From: the human T2T-CHM13v2.0 reference genome, Homo sapiens
NCBI RefSeq assembly: GCF_009914755.1
Contig: NC_060935.1
DNA length: 64,000 bases
Strand: one strand, 5' to 3'
The position numbers were made by a program, and so were the translations under genes. The number at the start of each line of letters is the position of its first letter. Position 1 is the first letter of the stretch. Shown here one piece after another: positions 1-17,390 of this stretch. The notes under the pieces are model-generated. The model did not search any database. It was given only the letters and a program-made list of their open reading frames with translations, and had not been told where the DNA came from.

Positions 1-2
1 CT

Positions 3-462
<460 letters not shown>

Positions 463-899
463 TTATTTGTGGAACAGTAGTGGAATGGATTCTCACAGTG
501 GTTAGGACTCTAGCTTGGAGAGAACACCAGTGAGGATCTACTTGTCTTCTGTTAGAGAGAAACTGTCAGGAAGCTAGGGAGGATTAGCCTTGTGTTACAT
601 TTGTTCCCAAGTCTAGTTGCTCAAAACCAGGACTCCTAGAGCTGGTCAGTTGTGGCAAGTACTTTTGTTTGGTTAACCCCAAATCAGTCCCAAAACCTTT
701 CTTCCTGTCCTCCACGCACTGTAAAGGATGGGATGGCCGGATATGTCCTGGCTTTGTCTTTGTCAGGGAGGACTTTAGACTTTATAGCCCCTGTTTGGCC
801 AGTGCTGTGAGGAGAGGTCAGGAGACCTCTTGAGACCTTCTTGAAAACAGTCTTTCTTTGCTGATAAGATCAAAGCTGGGAGGTGAAAATTCTTTGCCT

Positions 900-2375
<1,476 letters not shown>

Positions 2376-3705
2376 TGTGCCATCAATCATGTCCACTTTA
2401 GAGATAAACAGGGCATCGAAAAAGGGGAGGTCTTCCTTTGGAGCCAGCTTCTTGTTTCTTGGAACTGGAGATTCAGGTGGAGGAGGAGAAAAGTCCCTCT
2501 GCCTGGGGGTTGAGCTGGGGATGAGGAGTGGAGTTTCCGGCAGAGAAGTCTTGGGGTAAGGCCAATACTCGCTCTTCCATGACAGAGCCTGAGGATCTTC
2601 CCTGGCCCCAGGTCCCAGGCCTTGGCTGCATGAGGAGTCACAAGATGCCTCTCCTGAACCAGGGAGTTCTCCCTAACACTGATGGGCACTGGTGGGCAGG
2701 GAAGAAGACAGCAGTAGCCATGGGTGGTGACTCAGATCACAGACCTGGCTCCAGTCCCTGCTCTGCCACGAACTGCCTGTGTGTCCCAGTGCCCCAACCA
2801 ACTCCCTTAGGGCAAGGACTCTGAGCCCTCATCCGTGAATAGGACTCTCTGTGTTCACAGGGAGCCTCCTGCCCCAGGTCCCCTGGCCTCTGAGCTTCTT
2901 CTCAGAAACGTGAGTAAATCCTGGCAGGTGAGGGACCCAGGGGGAGCAATAGAGGGCTTTGTGTCACAGCCAGGAGTCAGCAAGTGCCCAGTCTGCAAGC
3001 ATCCAATCTAACAGGAGAGTCCTCCAGGCATGTGGCTTCCTGAGGGCTAGGTCCAGTGGGGGTGGGGATGGGGGGGGTAGTAAGATTCTGCTGTGAGCAA
3101 TGCAGAGTAAGGAAAGGATCCAAGTTCCAAGGACCGTGGCTTTGCTGCCAGCTGACCCCTTCCTCCCCACCTGCCAAATACTCCCCCAAGTCCCCCATCA
3201 CCCCATTGCTTCCTGCTTTCCGCTGATGGGGCAGTCAGCATGGAGGCCAGGCTTGGCACCGCAGGAGGGATTCCGGAGCGCTGGTAGTCCTGCACGCTGG
3301 AAAGGCTTTTCTCAGGAGTCTTCCCTGGCTTCCTGGGAGGCTGAGCTGCAGGGAAATGCCCAGTGTGCACCCCGCCCGCCAGCTTTCCTGGAACCTTCTG
3401 TAGAGTGAGCCAAGAAAGAATCTGCCCACAGGGCCCTGGGGCTATAAATTCTCTCTTTTCCCTGCTCCTGGAGATGAACCAGGAAGAAAGCTCATGCCTC
3501 TTCCCTGGGTGGATGCTCTCAATAACAATAACAAGGCCCAGTGTGGTGGCCCATGGCTGTAATCCCATCACTTTGGGAGGCTGAGGCAAGCGGATGGCTT
3601 GAGCACAGGAGTTTGAGACTAGTCTGGCTCTACAAGAAATACAAAGAAAATTAGCCAGGCGTGGTGGCATGCGCTTGTGGTCCCAGCTACTCAGGAGGCT
3701 GAGGA

Positions 3706-4589
<884 letters not shown>

Positions 4590-4759
4590 CAAACATGTTT
4601 TTTCCACTGTACAGCATTTAAAACCAAAGATATTGCTTCCAATAGATACTCTCACAATCCATTTTAGTGAAGGTTCCTCAGGGAGCTGATGACACAAATC
4701 TACAGAGTGCGGGTTTGTAGATTTGATGATCTACATAATGGAACAGTGCTTCACACTGT

Positions 4760-5334
<575 letters not shown>

Positions 5335-5584
5335 CTAATAACCACAATAAACATATAATCCCTTGGTTGTTGCCATCTGTGATAGTTAAAACGAAAGTGA
5401 AAGGAAGTGCTGGACCCTGAGGCTGGACCATGCTCAGATGTGGGTCTGCCTGAACTCAGGTCACTAGTCTCAAAATGACTGCTGGCTGCCCTTTCTTATC
5501 ACTGTGCAATGGACGGCTCTCAGTTAACAATGACTCTAAGCCACTGGCATTTTCAGGGCATCTCCGTAGTCACATGGTGGTCTA

Positions 5585-5749
<165 letters not shown>

Positions 5750-5930
5750 CTACAAAAAATTAAAAAAATTAGCACCTGTGGTACAAGTGGTGGATCAGTT
5801 GAGCCCAGGAGAGCAAGGCTGCAGTGAGCTATGATGGCGCCATTGCATTCCAGTCCGGGCAACAGAGTGAAACCCTGTCTTAAAAAAAAAAAGAAAAAGA
5901 AAGAAAGTGATTGACCACCCTGAGATTTCC

Positions 5931-6940
5931 TGTGGGTGGCAAGCCACCCAGGCGCTGAGGCAAGAGACCGAGGACACGAGCTGTTCCAGTATAATAAAAT
6001 ATAAAACAAGAATAGTTATACCAGATATAGATCTTAGATATGATTATATATGATTATCATTAATCATTAATTTGTAGCAATTACTCTTTATTCCAATATT
6101 ATAATAATCCTCGCTCTATAATCATAACCTAGGAAAAACCAGGCCATACAGAGATAGGAGCTGAGGGGACATAGTGAGGTGTGAACAGAAGACAAGAGTG
6201 TGAGCCTTCTGTTATGTCCAGACAGGGCCACCAGAAGGGCTCCTTGGTCTAGCGGTGATGCCAGCGTCTGGGAAGACACCCGTTGCCAGGCGGACCGTGG
6301 TCTAGCGGTAGCGAAAAGTGTCAAGGAACAACACCCGCTACTTAGCAGACTGGGAAAGGGAGTCTCCTTTTCCCTGGGGGAGTTTAGAGAAGACTCTGCT
6401 CCTCCACCTCTTGTGGAGGGCCTGACATCAGTCAGGACTGCCTGCAGTTATCTGGAGGCCTAACCGTCTCCCTGTGATGCTGTGCTTCAGTGGTCACGCT
6501 CCTAGTCTGCCTTCATGTTCCATCCTGTACACCTGGCTCTGCCTTCTAGATAACAGTAGAAAATTAGTGAAAGTACTAAAAGTCTCTAATATGCAGAAAT
6601 AATGGCATAAGCTGTCTTTCTCTTTGTCTCCTCTCTCTCTCTCTGCCTCAGCTGCCAGGCAGGGAAGGGCCCCCTGTCCAGTGGACACGTGAACCACGTG
6701 ACCTTACCTATCATTGGAGATGACTCACACTCTTTACCCTGCCCCTTTTGCTTTGTATCCAATAAATAACAGCACAGCCAGACATTCGGGGCTACTACCG
6801 GTCTCCGTGAATTGGTGGTAGTGGTCCCCGGGGCCCAGCTGTCTTTTCTTTTATCTTTTTGTCTTGTGTCTTTATTTCTATACTCTCTCGTCGCCACACA
6901 CAGGGAGAAGCCCACCGACCCTGTGGGGCTGGACCCTACA
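5931..6940 (+). mobile_element. LTR13 (ERVK class) full-length solo LTR, 1010 bp
   Basis: TGTGGGTGGCAAGCCACCCAGGCGCTGAGGCAAGAGACCGAGGACACGAGC ... GGGCTGGACCCTACA; AATAAA at ~6761; perfect 6-bp TSD ATTTCC (5925-5930 / 6941-6946). Confidence 0.95.
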
Positions 6941-7020
6941 ATTTCCCAGACGGATGATTCATTCCCTTCACCCATTTCTTGATCTCTCAGCTCCTGGCCC
7001 AGCTGGCTTGCCACATGCTC

Positions 7021-7190
7021 TGTGGGGGGCAGGCCTTTGCAAACCTATCCCCAGAGTCTAAGGAAGCTGAAAGGCCAAAGAAAGAGGCTGACCAATCTAG
7101 TTTCTTAGAAAGAAACGTTTAATAGGAACTTAGAAGCCATGTCTGAGTCTCGGACAGCAGCAAGACAAGATGGTGGACTGCCGCCATTAT
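7021..7190 (-). mobile_element. ERV1 LTR 3' fragment (MER34/39/49-like)
   Basis: TTTGCAAACCTATCCCCAGAGTCTAAGGAAGCTGAAAGGCCAAAGAAAGAGGCTGACC matches the reverse U5 end of this LTR group. Confidence 0.6.
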
Positions 7191-8417
7191 TCCTTTGCTT
7201 TTTTTTCTTTTTTTGAGACAGGCTCTCACTCTGTCACCCAGGCTGGAATGCAGTGGTGCCATCATTGTTGTTCACTGCAGCCTCAATCTCCTGGGCTCAA
7301 GTGATCCTCCCACCTCAGCCTCCTAAGCGGTTGGGACTACAGGCATGCATTATGACACTCAGCTAATTATTTTATTTTTTGAAGAAATGGGGTCTCACTT
7401 TGTTGCAGTGCCTGGTCTCGAATTCCCTGGCTCAAGTGATCCTCCCACCTCGGCCTCCCAAAGTGCTGGGATTATAGCTGGGATTATAGGCGTGAGCCAT
7501 ATCATGACTGGCTGATATGATTTCTTAAAGCGGGAGCCAGACGTCCAGGGAGGACATCTCTTTGACCCAGGATGGCAGAGCTGGCCTTCCTGAGTCCTGG
7601 ATCCCCACTCCTATGCTTGTACTAAGTCCAGTCAGCTCTCTCTAACTTCAGCAGGAAGTAAAGATGCAAAAGCCTCGAGGCACCAAGAGCCCTGCCCTGC
7701 GTGGTATCAGCACCCTATCACCGTGGCCTGGGGTCTAACTGCCTAGGCTTCCTCTTCTGGGACTTGCCAATTAAAAGGCTGATTTTCCAGAAGGTTGACA
7801 CCCGAGGTTTTTTTTGTTTTTTTGTTTTTTTTTGAGACGGAGTTTCGCTCTTGTTGCTCTTGTTGCCCAGGCTGGAGTGCAATGGCGATCTCGGCTCAGT
7901 GCGATCTCGGCTCAGTGCGATCTCGGCTAACCACAACCTCCACCTCCCAGGTTCAAGCAATTCTCCTGCCTTAGCCTCCCAAGTAGCTAGGATTACATGC
8001 ATGAGCCACCACGCCCGGCTAGACACCCAAGGGTTCTAATCCCTCACCCTATCCCCTCAAGTTCCTTGTTCTGCTGCCTAGAGGTCACAGTGGCTTCTGA
8101 CCTCCAAGCCAATTCAGCAGCTGTTGGCTGGGCACTTGCTCTGCAATAGTGCTGGGTTCTGGAGGGGACAGACTATGTCCTTTTGGCAATGCCATGCCCT
8201 ACTCTTCTTAGAAGCTTACAGTTTATTAGGAGAAACTACAGCGTGCACCCAGCCAGCCACAGGACAGGCAGCAAGTGATTGTAGCAGGAGGAATCTGAGA
8301 AGGCATGTCTAACTGATTCATTCACTTACAGCCCCAAACTTATTTCCCATCTGCCCACGTCGATTCTAAACCCTGAAAATGTAGTCCTTTGTCTTTAAGG
8401 AGCAAAGAGTCTTCCTA

Positions 8418-8624
<207 letters not shown>

Positions 8625-9799
8625 TCAGGAACCTGAGGCAGGAGAATCGCTTGAACTTGGGAGGCGGAGGTTGCAGTGAGCTGAGATCTTGCCACTGTAG
8701 TGAGATTCTGTCTCAAAAAAAAAAAAAAAAAAAAAGTACTAGCCATGTCAGGAGTGTTGGTAAGCAGGAGCTTCCTGGAGGGGGAGGGACATGGGACTAG
8801 AAAGGAAGGAGAAGTGATATTGCATAGACCTAGCTCCAGTTCCAATATGGCCTTGGGATTCAAGGTCAGAGAAAAGAGAAGGGGGAAGAAAGGGCAGATT
8901 GACACAATGTTATTCAAACCTGAGAAAGAGGTAAGAGAGGAGAAGAGATGAAAGCTAGAGACAAAAGGGAAGTGTGAGGGGAAACATGAGGGTAATGAAC
9001 AGTAACCAAGATGAGGTCAAAAGAAGATGATCAAGCAGAAAGAAAAGCATCTGAGAATAATGGGGCCTGTGGCCAAGAACAAAGGCCCCAAAGCCAGCAC
9101 AGTCTCCTGGGAAGCAGTCATGCTTTCAGCCCCCAGGACTGGGTTACCCAAAGGGGACTGAGAACTCCTGCCAAACACAGTGACAAGCACCCTGCCATCT
9201 GGCTGGGCCAAGAAATAGGGCTCTATGGCTATCCAAATAGTCACTTAATGAAGACTTTTGACTTAATGAATTAGTGGGCTTTCTTAAACAAGTGACATGT
9301 TCAGGGACTTTGACTCCAGCAGGGATGTGCGGTCGCCAGGCCACTGAGACCACTGCAGGTGTTCGCCAAGGCAATTCTGGACTTTGGAGTGTCCTGGTTA
9401 AAAATAAAATGGTCAGAGCCTACTTTAGTTGTCTGTATTTCACTGTTTTTTTTTTTTCTTTCTGAGACAGAGTCTCACCCTGTCACCCAGGCTGGAGTAC
9501 AGTGGTGCAATCTTGGCTCACTGCAACCTCCGCCTCCTGGATTCAAGTGAGACTCCTGCCTCAGCCTCCCAAGTAGCTGGGATTACAGGCACATGCCACC
9601 ACGCCTGGCTAATTTTTGTATTTTTAGTAGAGACAGAGTTTTGCCATGTTGGCCAGGCTGGTCTTGAACTCCTGACCTCAAGTCATCCACTTGCCTTAGT
9701 CTCCCAAAGTGCTGGGATTACAGACGTGAGCCACTGCACCTGTATTTCACAGTTTCTGAAAGCCATATTTTATCTGGGCCAGAGTGACAAGGGACAGTA

Positions 9800-10030
9800 G
9801 GACACCCTGGTTAAAGTGCAGTCTCTGTGCTTGGGCAGCCTGGGTTTATATCCCTACTCTGTTACTTACTAATGGTGAGAACCTTAGCCTCTATATTATA
9901 CTCCACGAAATGAGTACAATAATATTACCCACCTCATAGAGTTGTGGATATTAAATGAGTGAAATACATGCTAAGTGCTTAGAATAGTGCCTGGCACATA
10001 GAAAGTGCTCTCTCCATGTTAGTAATTGTG
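9800..10030 (+). mobile_element. MIR SINE
   Basis: MIR core: CTCTGTTACTTACTAATGGTGAGAACC...CCCACCTCATAGAGTTGTGGATATTAAATGAG...TAAGTGCTTAGAATAGTGCCTGGCACATAG. Confidence 0.8.
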
Positions 10031-10192
10031 ACTTATTAGAATTCATAAGCATGGCTGGGTGCGGTGGCTCACACCTGTAATCCCAGCACTTTGGGAGGCT
10101 GAGGTGGGAGGATTACCTGAGGCTGGGAGTTCAAGACCAGCCTGGTCAACATGGTGAAACCCTGTCTCTACAAAAAGTACAATAATTAGCTA

Positions 10193-10333
<141 letters not shown>

Positions 10334-10929
10334 TCAAAAAAAAAAAAAAAAAGAATTCCTAAGCACAGGAGATTAGGACAAGAAGTAGAGGGAGGCCCTA
10401 AGTTGAGGAAGAAGAAGTTATTTTGAGGAGGCTGCATAGTGGAGTGGTCAGAGATGGGAAGGGACTTCCCACTGAAGCCGGGGCTTTGGGCGTGGTCATT
10501 CCTGTGGTTCTCGGACATTTCTCATTGAACTGAGTCCAAGAGACAGACTCAAGAGCCTCATCCATTGACTAAGTAATTAATAATGCCTGCTCTGGTGAAT
10601 CTATATGTGTGCCCTGGGCTTTACAGCTGCCCTCTCTTCCTGAAGACCTATAATATGGCCCAGCTATTCACATTTGAAGAAACAAAATCAGATTTGAGGT
10701 CTGCCACTTGCTAACATTTTGACTGTCTTTGCTGTCAGTTTCTGCCTGTGCTGTGGAGAGCTGTTATGAAGGCTCAGTGGGTAAATCAAGCAAAGACAAA
10801 CAAAACTGGATCCCTGATAAACACAACTTACAGGCAGGATTCCAATAAACTGAAGCCCAACCTGGGAAATATAAGTGATGATATTAACGAGACTCTGTAA
10901 GATAATTCCCTTATGGATTAGAGGTAAGG

Positions 10930-11850
10930 AAGGACTCCTCAAAAAACATCACAAGTTCAATCATGAGACATAAAATGGATTAATTTGATCCCCCCTAACT
11001 AAAGGATTTCTGTAAAACAAAGCACACCATGGTCAAAAGTAACAAACAGATGAGAGACTGGGAGAAGCTATTGCAATATCTGCAGCCAAAAGGGGACTAA
11101 TATCTAGAATATACAAGAAAAAGAGAACCCAGTGGGAAAATGGGCAATGAGTATGAATAGGCAATTTGCAGATTAAGAAACCTAAAGGTGTAATCCCAGC
11201 ACTTCGGGAGGCTGAGGCGGGCAGATCATGAGGTCAGGAGATCAAGACCATCCTGGCCAAAATGGTGAAACCCTGTCTCTACTAAAAATACAAAAAAATT
11301 AGCCAGGCATTGTGGTGGGCACCTGTAGTCCCAGCTACTCAGGAGGCTGAGGCAGGAGAATAGGCATGAACCCAGGAGGTGGAGCTTGCAGTGAGCTGAG
11401 ATCGCGCCACTGCACTCCAGTCTGGGTGACACAGCAAGACTCCGTCTCAAAAAAAAAAAAAAGAAACCTAAAGGGCAACATAAATATGTGAAAGATGTTC
11501 CCTGGTCATAAAGTAATTGCAAATTAAACCAACAATGAGATATTGTTTTCCACCTATTTGGCAAAAATGATAAAGCTAGAGAATGCCAAGTAGGGTAGGT
11601 GTGGTGGGTATAAGTGCCCTACTGTATTGATGGTCATAGGTAGGTGGTGTGGACATTCTGCAGAGTGAGCTGCCCTACTTGCCAGACTGTCTATATGTCT
11701 ACCACACAACCAAGAATCCACTTCTGGGAACATATATATATATCTATGTATGTATATACATACACACACACACACACACACACGTCGCATAGGGGCCTAA
11801 AGACACATGATAAAGATGCTCTTCATCACAGAGACTAGCTTGTGAAGGCA
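10930..11850 (+). mobile_element. Ancient L1 (L1M/L1ME) ORF2 3' fragments, Alu-interrupted; continues ~12650-12890
   Basis: A-rich L1 ORF2-like sequence (GACTGGGAGAAGCTATTGCAA, CTAATATCTAGAATATACAAG, AAATTAAACCAACAATGAGAT). Confidence 0.7.
11731..11783. repeat. (TA)n/(CA)n compound microsatellite
   Basis: Directly visible. Confidence 0.9.
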
Positions 11851-11852
11851 GG

Positions 11853-12645
11853 TGTGATATTGTGACATAATAAAAATTTGGTCTCTGCCCCCAGTTCCTG
11901 GAACAGAACATCCCAAACCCTTAAAATTTCCTGGGTGATAGAAGTTTCTATTGTTCTAATGAAGTGACTCTTGCTGGGCTTCCTGGTCACCAGAAAGACC
12001 AAGCCATGGTTAGAAGCTTGGGACTTTCAGCTGCACTGTCCCCGACCCCCTCAAACTCTGGGGTGGGGAGAGGAGCTGAGAGTTGAGCTAATCACCAATG
12101 GCCCGTGATTTAATCATGCCTAAGCAATGAGGCCTCTGTAAAAATCCAAAAGGGCTGGGTTTGGAGAGCCTCAGAGTTTCTGAACGTGTGGAGGTGCTGG
12201 AGGGTGATGTTCCCAAAAAGGGCATGAAGTTCCATGTCCCTCCCCCTATATGTCATCCTGCGTACTTCTTCATCTGGCTGTTCATCTGTATCCTTTGCAA
12301 TATACTTTATAATAAACCAGGAGTGTTTCCCTGAGTTCTGTGAGCCATTCTAGCAAATGGTCGAACCCAAGGAGGGGGTTGTGGGAAGCCTGGATTTATA
12401 GGCGGTTGGTCAGAAGTAGGAATGGTCCACAGTTGCAACTGGACTTTGAAGTGGGGGCAGTCTCGTGAGACTGAGCTAACCTGTGGAATCTGATGCTAAC
12501 TCCACGTAACTAGTGTCAGAATTGAACTGAATGATAGGTTACGCAGCTGGTGTCGGAAATTGGTTGGGGTGGGAAAAGCCCACTGATTTTGGTGAGGGGA
12601 AGTGTGATGAGTGTTGAGAGTATACCAGGAGAAGACACTTTGATT
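11853..12645 (+). mobile_element. MER21 (B/C-like) LTR
   Basis: TGTGATATTGTGACATAATAAAAATTTGGTCTCTGCCCCCAGTTCCTGG start; GTGTTTCCCTGAGTTCTGTGAGCCATTCTAGCAAAT core. Confidence 0.85.
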
Positions 12646-12890
12646 TTCCTGTTCCACAGCAGGGAACTAAAGGCAATCCAGCGAGTTCTTCACTGGGGGA
12701 AATGGACAGGTGAAAGGCGGTGGCTGCACTGGATGGAGCACCACACAGCTGTGAGAAGGGGTTGTAGATGCACACACAGCAACACGGGTGGACCTTACCA
12801 ACCTAGTGCAGAAGAAGAACGTCTATATATTCTAATTTGCATAAACATACCTGACATAAATATATATTCGAATACATGTATACAAACCTG

Positions 12891-13533
12891 AACAACAGAT
12901 GCTGGCAAAGATGCAGAGAAAAAGGAACACTTTTACACTGTTGGTGGGAATGTAAATTAGTTCAACCATTGTGGAAGACAGTGTGGTGATTCCTCAGAGA
13001 TCTAGAAGCAGAAATACCATTTGATCCAGCAATCCCATTACTGAGTATATACCCAAAGGTATAGAAATCATTCTGTTTTAAATGTACATCCTCACATATG
13101 TTCATTGCAGCACTATTCACTATAGCAAAGACATGGAATCAACCTAAATGCTCATCCATGATAGACTGATAAAGAAAATGTGGTATATATACACCATGGA
13201 ATACTATGCAGCCATAGAAAGGAATGAGGTCATGTCCTTTGCAGGGACGTGAATGGAGCTGGAAGCCATTATCCTCAGCAAACTAATACAGGAACAGAAA
13301 ACCAAACGCTGATTGTTCTCACTTATAAGTGGGAGCTGAGTGATGAGAACACATGGACACAAGAGGGGAACAACACACACTGGGGTCTGTAGGAAGGTTA
13401 GAGGGGGAAGGAGAACATCAGGAAGAATAGCTAATAGATGCCGGGCTTAATACCTAGGGAATGGGTTGATCTGTGCAGCAAACCACCATGGCACTGCACA
13501 TGTACCCTGGAACTTAAAAGTTGAGAAAAAAAA
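12891..13533 (+). mobile_element. 5'-truncated L1PA (PA15/16-like) 3' end with poly(A)
   Basis: ORF2 C-terminal region (GATGCTGGCAAAGATGCAGAGAAAAAGGAACACTTTTACACTGTTGGTGGGAATG) followed by the L1PA 3'UTR and A tail. Confidence 0.9.
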
Positions 13534-14135
13534 AGTGATCTTAGTAAGTGCAAAAGACTGGAATGAGATCTTCCAATCACGCCTGACTCAACCTCTAATT
13601 CTTGCTGTGAAAATGTATATGATATATTAAAAAATCAAATAAAAATGGCTTTTAGAATCGTATAAAAAAGAAAATAACCTGAAATTCCAAGAAAACAGGC
13701 AAAGATGAACATTAAAAGCATTAGGATGGTTGTTTGTAGGGGAGAAGGGAATAGGAATTGTGATAAAAGAAAATAGCTTAAATAGCTTTTTTTTTAGACA
13801 GGGTCTCACTCTGTCGCGAAGGCTGGAGTGCAGTGGTGTGATCTCGGTTCACTGCAACCTCTGCCTCCTGGGTTCAAGTGATTCTCTTGTCTCAGCCTCC
13901 TGAGTAGCTGGGATTATGGGCATGTGTCACCACACCTGGCTAATTTTTGTATTTTTATTATTTTTATTTTTATTTTTATTTTTTTTGAGATGGAGTTTCA
14001 CTCTTGTCACCCAGGCTGGAGTGCAATGGCGCACTCTCGGCTCACACAACAACTGCCTTTCAGGTTCAAGCGATTCTCCTGCCTCAGCCTCCCCAGTAGC
14101 TGGGATTATAGGTGCCCATCATCACATCCAGCTAA

Positions 14136-14270
<135 letters not shown>

Positions 14271-14341
14271 TAATTTTTGTATTTTTAGTAGAGACAGGGT
14301 TTTGCCATGTTGGCCAGGCTGGTCTCGAACTCCCGACCTCA

Positions 14342-14473
<132 letters not shown>

Positions 14474-15706
14474 TCACCATGTTGGCCAGGCTGGTCTCGA
14501 ACTCCTGACCTCAGGTGATCCACCCACCTCAGCCTCATAAAGTGCTGGGATTACAGGCGTGAGCCACCATGTCTGGCCAGAAAATAGCTATTTTTAAAAG
14601 GAGTGCAAAGTGAGGGTTTCGCACAGAAACTGGTATGTGGTAAGTGCTCCCTAAGTGTCAGCTATTACTAATTAATTAAGAAACAAGTAGTCCAAAGACA
14701 GTCAGTGTGTTTCCCCAAGCACACATCTTGGTAAGTTCCATGAAGAGGCATGGTCTGTAACTGTCTTGCCATGATCATTTTTTCAGGAGCCTAGAGCAGT
14801 GTTTGGCAGTCGATATGTCTTGAATGATTGAACAAAAGCTAGTTTGTGACAGAGCCACCCAGCGGAATGTTCACCTCGTCCAACTCTTCTACACAATCGA
14901 GAGAAACATTCTTTTCTAATTTCCTTCCTTTTTTAGAAAAAACTAATAGACCTTGGTTCTGTCCCCAACGGTCTGAATTAGGGGTTAATTAGGGTTAACC
15001 ACATTTTGTATTTATATGTCCTTTCCTATGGAGACATCAAAGCCCAGAAATGTCACCTCAATGCCCATACAGCTTTCCCCTCACCTCCAAGAGTGACAGA
15101 GTGAAATTTAGAATCCCAGGCCCTTGCAGGTAAGTCTGACAGTTTCAGTGAGCTCTGGACGGGGAGGTGCCCACAGGGTTTGTTGGTCCAGAAAGCAACA
15201 GAACTCAGTAGGCTAAAGGGAAGTGAGTCAGTGTCTTAATGCACATGGATTTCAAAACAGTAGGGACTGCAGACTTCATGGTGTGAAGAAACGCATCTGA
15301 CAGCTTTGTTATTACATCAGGAAAGCTGCAGTCAGCAGACACGTACGGGATGTGGGAGGTTTGTTTTGACCACACCCCTGTCAATAGTTACAAGATAAGC
15401 CAAAGCAAGAAGCACAGACACCATGCCTGGCAGAAAAGCGGCCGTTTGCGGAACTATTTTATGTAACACAAAACCACGTTTTCGGTCCGTAAGGCAGGGT
15501 CTCCACCTCATTGTGTGTGCACAGATCAAGCAATGACGATGGCTCTTGCCTACAGGAAGCAGCAGAATGTCCATGACCTTCCCCAGTGAGATCATCACTT
15601 CTACGGTGCCTGGGACTTCCTTACCTCTTTTTAAAGATCTCCCTCTGTGACAGCCCCCACCTTGCTCACGGAGGACTTAGTCTTCTTATTTGAGTCTTCA
15701 GAGCCA

Positions 15707-16200
<494 letters not shown>

Positions 16201-16386
16201 CTTGCTTTTGTGTCTTGCTGATAGGATGCATTCAGTAGATTTATTAAACAAAACCTTATTCCTTCAGTGAAGGCCAGTGACAGAGCCCTTGTTCTGGCCA
16301 TTTTACTGGGCCAAGTTATAAGTAAGAATCATCTGCCAAGGCACAGGCCTATTGGCCCTCATCTCCTGTGGTTCCCAAAGCAAAAC

Positions 16387-16897
16387 TGTTACTGGATGGA
16401 AGGTCTTGACTGTGAGTTGTCCAGGTTCTTGGCATGTTGAGCAAAGAATTGAACAAAATGCACAAAGCAACAAAAGAATGAAACAACGAAAGACAAACAA
16501 AGCAACACGAGAACGGAGTAATGAAAGCACAGATTTATCGAAGCAAAAGTACATTCCACAGAGTAGGAGCAGGCTTGAGCAAGTGGCTCAAGAGCCACCC
16601 CACCTCTCTCATTTAAGGATTTTTATTAGGCTAAAGGAATTTGGAAACACCGCTAGGTGCCCTTTAGAGGCCTCCAATTTGTTACACCCTATGAAGGATT
16701 GGCCTGTGACCAGTCAGAGGCTGAAGTGGAGCCTCAGCCTGCAGTCAATCAGAGGCTGAAGTAAAAACTTCTGTCTTGCCATCACAGGGGTGAGGTGTGG
16801 CCTGTGTGCTGCCTAATCTTGCCTAGAACTGGCTGCACCTGCTGTTCTTTTGCTTCTATCTTAACTCTTGGTTTACCCTCCCTGTTCTTCTGCCTCA
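16387..16897 (-). mobile_element. ERV1 solo LTR (MER51/LTR15-like)
   Basis: Reverse complement TGAGGCAGAAGAACAGGGAGGGTAAACCAAGAGTTAAG ... CCAAGAACCTGGACAACTCACAGTCAAGACCTTCCATCCAGTAACA, with TG...CA termini. Confidence 0.8.
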
Positions 16898-17390
16898 ATA
16901 TGGCTTTGCTGAGGGCACAATTGGGGCCCAAGGGCCTTCAGACTCAACAGTATGGGGCCTTGGCATTGCTCCTCCCGGATTTGCCATTCACCTGGTGCTA
17001 ATCTGAGAGGACCCCAAGAGAACCCACTTCTGTAGTTCCCCATGAGGTGTCCAGCTTCTGGGGAAACTGTTGTCCAATGCAGTAGCTCCAGGGTTAGGAT
17101 GGCAGGGGCTGGGAGCTGCAGCTGGAATTCCAGCAGAACCGGGAGGGTCCCTCTCCTTGGAGCTGTCATTCCTCGTTCTCCAGCTTTCCTTGACTCCAAA
17201 ACACCATCAAGGCTGACTGTTCCGTATGACAAAGATAGGATTGGATTTAAAGGAGAAAATATAACTTGCTTCTCAGGTAACCGAGAAGGTGCAAGGGGTA
17301 GCCCAGTTGGAGCTGCAAATGCCAGTTACAGGGTAAGTAGCAATTGTCGCATTGTTTGGGTTCTGCTCTCTAGAGAAACCCTTCAGATAT

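Noticed and set aside
14977-15000. TTAGGG-like repeats
   Set aside because: Only two imperfect units; not an interstitial telomeric array.
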